Part shown: positions 54,455 through 64,000 of the stretch, in pieces
How positions within the stretch are numbered: position 1 is the stretch's first letter
Layout of the letters: every line of letters begins with the position of its first letter
Assembly: GCA_964016885.1 (NCBI GenBank)
Contig: OZ024746.1
Span: forward strand, 8,308,001-8,372,000
Source of the DNA: Eledone cirrhosa
Lineage: Eukaryota
Direction of reading: 5' to 3'
Length of the DNA: 64,000 bases
The notes under the pieces: model-generated
Databases searched by the model: none
Told to the model about the DNA's origin: nothing
What the model saw: the letters and a program-made list of their open reading frames with translations, nothing else
Made by a program: the position numbers and the translations under genes

Positions 54455-55841
54455 TCTAAATAATGGTTAACGATACCTTTATTTCATTCTTTATGTATTA
54501 CTTGAAGTGACAAACATTGGAACATTGGAACACTTGTAGCTCTCTAGGTTTGAGCAGCGGAAGAACATTTGTTAGCTCTACTTCAAAGTAACTGTATTTA
54601 GTTTTATACACATCTAAATCATTGACAACCCACCCACCAAAAATCAACATAAACAAAAAAAAACAACAAAAAACACCTTAGAGCTGCCTGCAAAATAACT
54701 TGCTATTTACAGACATCACTTTAAGTTTTAAGTTCAAATTGTATCAAGGTCAACTTTACCTTTCAATCCGTCTGGTTTGTTTTTGTTATTGTTGTTTAGC
54801 TCCAAATCAACCAAGATCAAGCAAACCTTTGATCTAAGACATTCAAGCCACCAACACCCTGTTAATTTAAAGGCGCGTCTAAGACTACATTATCTAATAA
54901 GCCCTCTCCTGATATCAGTCAATAGGGTGTGATTTATGTGATTTGAGGAAAATTTGGCAGTTGTTTCTAGCAGATCGAGAGATCATGTGGATGTCCCCTC
55001 CCGCATTAGTTCATTCTCCCTTCTGGAGGTGATTAAATAGCGTTTCGTTCGATTTAATCAACTGTTTTCCCTCCAAATTTGTGTGACTTTGTACCTACAT
55101 TAAAAAGAATTAGTTATTATCTGTCTTTCTATATTGACAGTTATGTTAATAGAGTTCCGGACAATCAACGAATTGGTCCCTGAATCGTACATATGGGATC
55201 AGCCCTAGGTCGGTGGGTTGGCAGAATTATTAATGACTCGGTGTCTGATCTGGCCCTGTACAAACTGAATACAAATACCACCTGTACATTCAAATTCCAT
55301 CCCCTTCTGCCAGAAGTTGTGACCTGCAGATACTGTCACAACTGGATACATTGTTTCTGTGGTCAGATCTGACAATCTTCTTCTTTCTTTTCCTTCCCAT
55401 TCAATTGACAACTTCATCTCTCCAGTGACATATCTGCCATCAAATTTCCATGAACAGTTTCAAACCAAATCAATTCTGTTGCTAATGATGTTGCTAATGG
55501 CCTTCTAATGACTACACCACTCAGTATATATTAACTTCTCTCTATATAAATTCGAGGCCCTCTGCCAAATCAAAACAGATAATTATTATTCCATAATAAA
55601 CGTTTATTTTTTAATACGAAATAAAAACCAAACTTTTCCACACATCGTCCTACCAGTCAACCATTTCCTTCTCTTCTCTAGGACCTTTTTCTGTTCTCCA
55701 CCCCCTTTTCTAGACACCACACCACCATTAGCAAGACTACATCTATACACTACACCACACCACCATTAATTACCAAGTCAGCATCTGTTGCTACTGCTGC
55801 CAATGTTTGATTAGTTTGGCACCAAATAATAATATTAATTA

Positions 55842-56191
55842 CATAATCAGGCTCATGTAAATCTGGTTTAGACCAGATGTCATAATCAGGCTCATGTAAA
55901 TCTGGTTTAGACCAGATGTCATAATCAGGCTCATGTAAATCTGGTTTAGACCAGATGTCATAATCAGGCTCGTGTAAATCTGGTTTAGACCAGATGTCAT
56001 AATCAGGCTCGTGTAAATCTGGTTTAGACCAGATGTCATAATCAGGCTCGTGTAAATCTGGTTTAGACCAGATGTCATAATCAGGCTCGTGTAAATCTGG
56101 TTTAGACCAGATGTCATAATCAGGCTCGTGTAAATCTGGTTTAGACCAGATGTCATAATCAGGCTCGTGTAAAGGTGGTTTAGACCAGATG
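55842..56191. repeat. 39-bp minisatellite, 9 copies
   Basis: Unit cataatcaggctc(a/g)tgtaaatctggtttagaccagatgt. Confidence 0.95.
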
Positions 56192-56285
56192 TGAAATGTA
56201 GGCTCTATTTTTACCTGCTCTTTAAATATTTTAGTAATCTGTCTTAAATACATATTATTTATGTATGAGCTCAGGTATATATATA

Positions 56286-56339
<54 letters not shown>

Positions 56340-56593
56340 TGTATACAGGTACATGTACCGCATAATATATACCTACAAATAACAGAGCAGAAATGGAAGG
56401 ATTTATAAAGAAATGTAATTCATTATTGGATTAAATAGGATCAGCATCGACCCCCTCAAAATCGTGGGCCCATGTCAACTGGCCTGTCTGGCCAATCTGA
56501 CCACCTCGTTCTTCTGACCTGCACATAATGCTAACTTTACAAATAAATATACACACACACACATACGCACATAATATATGATATGATATGATA

Positions 56594-56662
<69 letters not shown>

Positions 56663-56666
<4 letters not shown>

Positions 56667-57768
56667 AACGAGTAGGACCCCGACGGCTGAGCTCAAGCCG
56701 TTTCGACGGCTAATTCTGGACTAAATGAAAATTTTTATCCTGGTAAATGAATAGCCGAACTTCTCAGGGGGTAATTCCATATATGGTAAAAGTGATTGTC
56801 ACAAGGATTGGTCAAAAGTTTCTATCATGGCATTTTGTGGAAGGTAGGGGTAGCTGAACTTGCCAGTAGAAGAAAGAGGGAGAGGGAGTGGAGGAAACCC
56901 AGTCGAGCGTTGAAAGTGACAACTACAGCAGATTCTAAGGATAGAAGGTCGAAAAAAGTATACTAGAGAAGGGGAGGGGGGGGGGAGGAAGTCGAAACAT
57001 TAAGTAAATCTATATGGAGTAAATATATAGAAAAATATAAAAAATATAAAAAATATAAAAAAAACACAATTTCTGGTTACTATTCCCCTTCCACAATCAT
57101 CAAGTCTCTCGCTGGTACTGCTAAACTATAGAAAAGTTTAATAGGTGGGACGGAATACTAAATACGAGATTGTAGTGAAATAATTTTATGAGTTAGTAGT
57201 AATCGGCCAAATCTATCTTACAGTGACAGGTCAACAAATAGGGGGCCAAAATACTAAAAAAACTAATACGAAATAATAATTCAAAGTTCCGAAACTAATA
57301 CGAAATATTAATTCAGAATCCCGAATCATGAATACTAATACGATATATATAAGTACTGCTACAATACATAAATTCTAATACAAACTACATAAATACTCAT
57401 ACAATAAATATAAAAAACTAATACAATATATATAAATATTGCTACAATACATAAATTCTAATCCAATCTACATAAATACTCGTACAATATATATGAAAAA
57501 CTAATACGAAAAATTAATTCAGAATCCCCCCCCCCCCCCCCAAAAAAAAAAATACTGATATACGAGAAACTAAAGCAGTAATATCACTAAGAAATCTAGA
57601 AATCACGGAAATGGGGCAGCAATCGGAGAAGAAAGCAAGTATTTGGGGTCTAGCACATCTGCTATAAAAAGCGGAATCGGCCAATTCTATCATAGAATAA
57701 GGGGGGTGGGTGTACTGAGGCTACAGAGGACCGAAGGGCTGCTTCGGGGTGGGCGAGAAGGTGGAAAT
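56663..57768 (-). mobile_element. Longest copy of hammerhead-bearing element family A (non-coding, about 1.1 kb)
   Basis: Shares 3' end with copies at 2.7, 4.5, 13.3, 19.5, 43.3 and 47.4 kb; internal A-rich subrepeats 57250-57530; bounded by (TA)n. Confidence 0.6.
56677..56772 (-). ncRNA. Variant type I hammerhead ribozyme (family A; core CUGAGAA)
   Basis: Minus strand: acccc CTGAGAA gttcggcta...(about 40 nt)...tagccgtc GAAA cggcttgagctcagccg TC ggggt; GUC triplet, long stem III, G8 position read as A. Confidence 0.6.
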
Positions 57769-57809
57769 ATATATACACATATATATATATATATATGTCT
57801 ATGTCTAGG

Positions 57810-57962
57810 GCGGGTAAAATTCCCGAGATCCATGGACGAGTTCTCTCCAGCGGTCTTTGTCCCTCATTATCGCTGCCATGCCCTGCGTCTCCAACAGACC
57901 AGTGTCTGTCCTTAGGGCATCAACATACGTTAACCTTGGTATTCCTCTTCCAGTGTGTCCAT
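57810..57962 (-). mobile_element. RTE/RTE-X LINE 3' fragment
   Basis: Minus translation [19 protein letters not shown]...[11 protein letters not shown]. Confidence 0.7.
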
Positions 57963-58015
<53 letters not shown>

Positions 58016-58030
58016 TATACACGCGCACAC

Positions 58031-58089
<59 letters not shown>

Positions 58090-58125
58090 AATATATATAT
58101 ATATACACACATATATATACACACG

Positions 58126-58165
<40 letters not shown>

Positions 58166-58195
58166 TATATATATATACACACATATATATACACA

Positions 58196-58364
<169 letters not shown>

Positions 58365-58452
58365 GTTTGCTCTACGGTTCTTATATATTTGATATATATT
58401 TATCCTTATCGAGCCCTCTTTGGATTTTAGTCTTCAAATTTATTATTATTGC

Positions 58453-58517
<65 letters not shown>

Positions 58518-58689
58518 CAGGTTGTCAATAAAATATTTGATCCGAAACAAACCTTTATCCCGTTTGTTACAACCTGAAACCGCCTCTAGATTCTCTGTAA
58601 CAACACTCCTTGTTTTAAAATGTACTAAAAAACCTCCCATCACAATTTTATGTAAGAACCTTTAAGTTACGTCCCCAACACCAGCTTGA

Positions 58690-58950
58690 TAATGTAAAAG
58701 TGAATTACATTACTTGACTGATAAATGTCTTTTCGTACCGGCCCCCACCGTGACCTCCGGTCTCCCCAGTCTCCGGACAGATATTTTCTCTCGTCAAATC
58801 GAAAAGATAGCATATCGCCTGACGAAGGAGCCCTGGCATCTTGACTGGCTGATGCAGCGGGTATCGCTGACTCTTCTCCACGACAATACTTTCGCCATTT
58901 TGTCCACGTGGCACAGCTGTGATGTACTCTCCATCCAAGGGTATAGAGTT
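58690..58950 (+). mobile_element. CRE-like REL endonuclease fragment
   Basis: LTDKCLFVPAPTVTSG...LTKEPWHLDWLMQRVSLTLLHDNTFAILST: degenerate FVP.A.ET.G...QR.S.A..RGNA..IL motif. Confidence 0.6.
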
Positions 58951-59484
58951 TTCTCCCTTCCCATTTCTATCTCATATTTTTATAAGTTAACAATGTCCCC
59001 CCCCCCCCCCATATCACTTTTTTCTCTTTTATTTTATGTTTATAAATATATTCCTAACTTTGGGTAAAAGAAAATACAGGAGAATCGATTAATTAAGGGC
59101 TGATCTGGCTGTATGGGAAAGGACTATAAATGCCATAAATGAGAGGAAAAGGAGGGAAAAAGTAAGGACTCTAGGGCCACAGAAGAAAAGGAGGAGGAAG
59201 AAGAGAGAGTGATAGGCTCTGCACCTAGGGTGGGGCGGTATGGGGTGGCTCCCCGCGGGCAAAACTGCAAAGGTATTTCCGCAGTTAATTATGATAATAT
59301 TCAACACATTCCCCCTCTCAGATTTACACACTTATTGCAGCAGTCCTACCTCCCCTGTAAAGATAACAGCCCTACCCTTTCGTGATACCTTTAAAGCCTG
59401 GAACATTTCAGCAACTCGATCATCATCATCATCATCATAATACGTCCGCTTTTTCCTGTTTGCAAGGGTGGGACGGGTCCTATT

Positions 59485-59539
<55 letters not shown>

Positions 59540-59574
59540 AATAACGTATAATTCTTGATTATTTTCATCATTAT

Positions 59575-59705
59575 TTACGGCCCTTTATGATCTGAGTTCA
59601 AATCCCGCCGAGGTTAACTTTGCCTTTCATCCTTACGAGGTCGATAAAATAAAGTACCAGTAATACACTGAATTATTGCTGGCCTTGTGCCACAAGTAGA
59701 AACAA
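59575..59705 (+). mobile_element. 5'-truncated SINE family 1
   Basis: B box, core and tail. Confidence 0.85.
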
Positions 59706-60089
59706 TTATTTGAAAATCCTAGATCAGCAATGTTGTATTATTCAATAGACGACACACGGACTGGCTCGGATCTCATTAGAGACTAGAGTCCCGTCAGTTT
59801 TATCTCTTTTGTTGTTGTTGTAGTAAAATGAAAGATCTGTGTGTCAGAGGGGGTCCAAAATACCTGAGCGGCCAATGGAACCGGCCATGGGTTAATACAG
59901 GAGAAAAAAATGAGAGCCTCTCATTAGAAAGGAAAGGGTTCATAAGAAGGAGGCTGTTTACAGCTTGTGTATCCTGACTATCGTTACTATCGTGGTTGCT
60001 AATATACTATTCCCATATAGAGAAGAAGCAAGTTATTAGATTACATACAGCATCCGTCGCCACCGCAGCTGCCGGATGGGTTTTACTCT

Positions 60090-60940
<851 letters not shown>

Positions 60941-61042
60941 TGGCTGGAATTCGTTCTATACTACAGATATATATGGTCGCGATTTTCCGTTGAGATTTCG
61001 TTACTCTCTCTTATTTCTCTCTCTTTCCCCCCCTCTATCACT

Positions 61043-61118
<76 letters not shown>

Positions 61119-61338
61119 TTATCCTTTATCTTTCACTCTCTCTCTCCCCCCTCTCCTCCTCTCTCCCTCTCCCTCTGTCTCTCTCTATCTACACGCACAC
61201 ACACACACACATATATATATATAAACACACAGGCACACACACATATGTATATATATATATAAACACACATACACACACACATATATATATATATATATAA
61301 ATACACATACACACATATATATATATAAACACACACAG

Positions 61339-61369
<31 letters not shown>

Positions 61370-61719
61370 AACACACACACGCACACACACATATGTATAT
61401 ATATATATATAAACACACATACACACATATATATATATAAACACACACATACATATATCTCTATAAACTCCCTCATGCTCTCATTCTCTCTCACTCTCCC
61501 CTTTACTATTATTCTCTCTGTTAACCCCCCTCTCTCTACATATACTGTTTCACTCTCTTTCACTATATCGTTCTCACTCCTCACACTCTTACTCTCTCTC
61601 TCATCCTTGGTTTCACTCTAATACATCTCAGTAATACTTCTTCTCTCTCTCCCCCTCTTACTCCCACTACTTGGTCTGTCTACACCCCTCTCTCTCTTTA
61701 TTCCACTGGTTCACATCTA

Positions 61720-61769
<50 letters not shown>

Positions 61770-61770
<1 letters not shown>

Positions 61771-62195
61771 ACCTTTCTCTCTGGCCAACAACTGGTCCGT
61801 TTCTTCCGATATCATTTCGGAAGAAGGATCAGGATGGAGAGAGAGGTGCTCCACCCCAGTCGTTTTTATGAAAGGTGGGTGAAAGTGGCGAGAATGGCCC
61901 GTGTGAATGGGCCTTCTCTTTACATGAGCCTGTAGGTGGAAAAGAGGAAGGAACGAGGGAGCACCCCCTCTCTGTGCTCCTGAGGAAAAGGGTTGCACAC
62001 TTTTTTCGGGGGTGTGTGCGACCCCCCAAGGCGCCTCCTCTCTATTGAGGATTTTGTTATAAATTTTATTTTTTGTTATATCTTATTTTATTTTTATATT
62101 GTTATTGCCTCCTCCTTATTGAGGACGCCTTTTTGTGTAAACTCCCCCCTTTGTACTTGTCCCACTTTTGATGCCCTAGTGGCAAATAAAAGAAA
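61770..62195 (+). mobile_element. Tx1/L1-type LINE 3' end
   Basis: Frameshifted ORF end LVRFFRYHF/IRMEREVLHPSRF/YERWVKVARMARVNGPSLYMSL*, then a pyrimidine-rich 3'UTR ending aataaaagaaa; similar tail at 8880-8960. Confidence 0.55.
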
Positions 62196-62219
62196 CATAT
62201 ATATCTATCTATCTATATT

Positions 62220-62397
62220 TTGCAGTATCGGTAGAGAGTCGGGCACCATGCTTTGAAGCATAGAGTTACGTCCCTTTATGATCTGAGTTCAAATCCCGCC
62301 GAGGTTAACTTTGCCTTTCATCCTTACGGGGTCGATAAAATATAGTACCAGTAATGTACTGGGTAATTGCTGGCCTTGTGCCTAAAATAGAAACAAT
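62220..62397 (+). mobile_element. SINE family 1
   Basis: gcagtatcggtagag..., B box, core, tail. Confidence 0.85.
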
Positions 62398-62408
62398 TAT
62401 ATATATAT

Positions 62409-62439
<31 letters not shown>

Positions 62440-62508
62440 CTATACACATAGATACACACACACACACACATATATATGCATACACACACACATGCATATA
62501 TATATATG

Positions 62509-62606
62509 CAGGGTGTCCTCCAAAAATGTATACACACTTTGATTACCTGTACAGGCAATATTTATCAGAATGCTGTTGAAGTGTGTATACATTTTTTGGG
62601 ACACCC
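62509..62606. mobile_element. Tc1/mariner MITE (same family, monomer)
   Basis: cagggtgtcctccaaaaatgtatac ... gtatacattttttgggacaccc; interior matches the 31635 arm. Confidence 0.75.
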
Positions 62607-62626
62607 CCCCTCTCTCTCTCCCCCTC

Positions 62627-62711
<85 letters not shown>

Positions 62712-62872
62712 TATGTATATAGTAATAATAATAAATTTGAAGACTAAAATCCAAAGAAGGCTCGATAAAGATAAATATATATCAAATATATAAGAACCGT
62801 AGAGCAAATATTTATTAAAATAACAGATTAAAGTTTAAGCAAAGAATCGCTGCTTTCACCCTTAACAGGATC

Positions 62873-62935
<63 letters not shown>

Positions 62936-63373
62936 ATATATATATTAAGCAAAGAATCGCTGCTTTCACCCTTAACGGGATCTTCTGTATATATATATAT
63001 ATATAATATATGTTATCGTGTTTGACCTCTACTGAGGAACGATTCCAACCGTGACCAATCCCACTGAAAAGTTTCGTGAAATAGTCTTTTTAAGACTATA
63101 TAGAGCATTTGTAGTTTTTCCAAATTGAAGGATGAGTATTTAGACTTTATTTTATTCTGAGTTAAGACTCTATCTGAGTTAAGACTCTATTATTCTGAGT
63201 TAAGACTCTGTGGATAAAATCTTTGTCTTGATTTTTTTTTGAATTGAGTTTGAATTATTTTCCCACAGCTTACGTTAATTATTTTCCATTTTGACGTTAT
63301 AGTCACTTATATATTATAGAATACTGTTGGCTTCTTGCTCACATTAAAATCTCTATTTTCATTTATATATATA

Positions 63374-63560
<187 letters not shown>

Positions 63561-64000
63561 TATATATAGATATATATACATATATATATCATATCTATCT
63601 ATCTATTTATTCTCCTCTATCTCTCTATCCATTACTATCTATCTCTGTCTCCTTGTCTCTCTCTATAACATGCATATGTACATACGTAAACATAACAACA
63701 CACACACAGACGTACCCACACACACGTGCACACACACAGACGCACACGCACACAACATACGCACACACACACAGACGCACCCACACACACACAGACGCAC
63801 CCAGACACACGCGCACACACACAGAGGCACACACACAGACGCACACCCACCCACACACACAGACGCACACCCCCACAGACGCACACCCACACACACACAC
63901 TTAGACAGCCCCCCACACGTAATTTCTCCTTTTTCTTTTTCTTTCACACTTTTTCATCCATTCTCTCTCAACTTCTCTTTACCTTTCTCTCTTCTAGAGA

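Noticed and set aside
55140-55500. Unique segment as PDZ continuation exon or transposase relic
   Set aside because: All + frames after the acceptor at 55139 stop within 22 codons without PDZ motifs; the minus ORF has only a vague Tc1/mariner resemblance.
62715-62987. cagaagatcc(c/t)gttaagggtgaaagc motif (minus strand, also near 20071 on +) as a hammerhead
   Set aside because: Core reads CAGAAGA and no convincing stem I or stem III could be formed. Treated only as a dispersed TA-flanked repeat (related pieces at 58362-58455 and 20071-20135).

Overview
Eukaryotic, AT-rich, microsatellite-saturated genomic DNA. The SINE families and repeat landscape point to an octopod cephalopod (inference). 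Almost all ORFs in the track are artefacts of (TA)n/(CA)n/(GA)n and trinucleotide runs. One protein-coding exon is convincing: 42723-42821 (+), MVSSGILSVTLDGGAPWGFRLQGGGINPLQVLK, the N-terminal half of a PDZ domain of the synaptopodin-2/Shroom/PDZ-LIM type. It has probable upstream 5'UTR exons near 34.6 kb and 41.5 kb, and no continuation was found in the remaining 21 kb. The rest of the window holds more than 20 tRNA-derived SINEs (many with clean TSDs), RTE, CR1-like, Tx1/L1 and REL-endonuclease LINE relics, Tc1/mariner MITEs, a Helitron-like element, and about ten minisatellites (8-99 bp units). The most striking unannotated signal is a set of at least five distinct families of short non-coding elements that sit in (TA)n tracts and carry type I hammerhead-ribozyme cores (CUGAUGA-stem II-GAAA-stem III-UH). 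They are usually folded back into 120-350 bp palindromes, most likely Penelope-like/retrozyme-type retroelement ends. Inside the PDZ-gene intron, every complete sense-strand hammerhead is preceded by its own antisense copy, while the unmasked ones are antisense to the gene.
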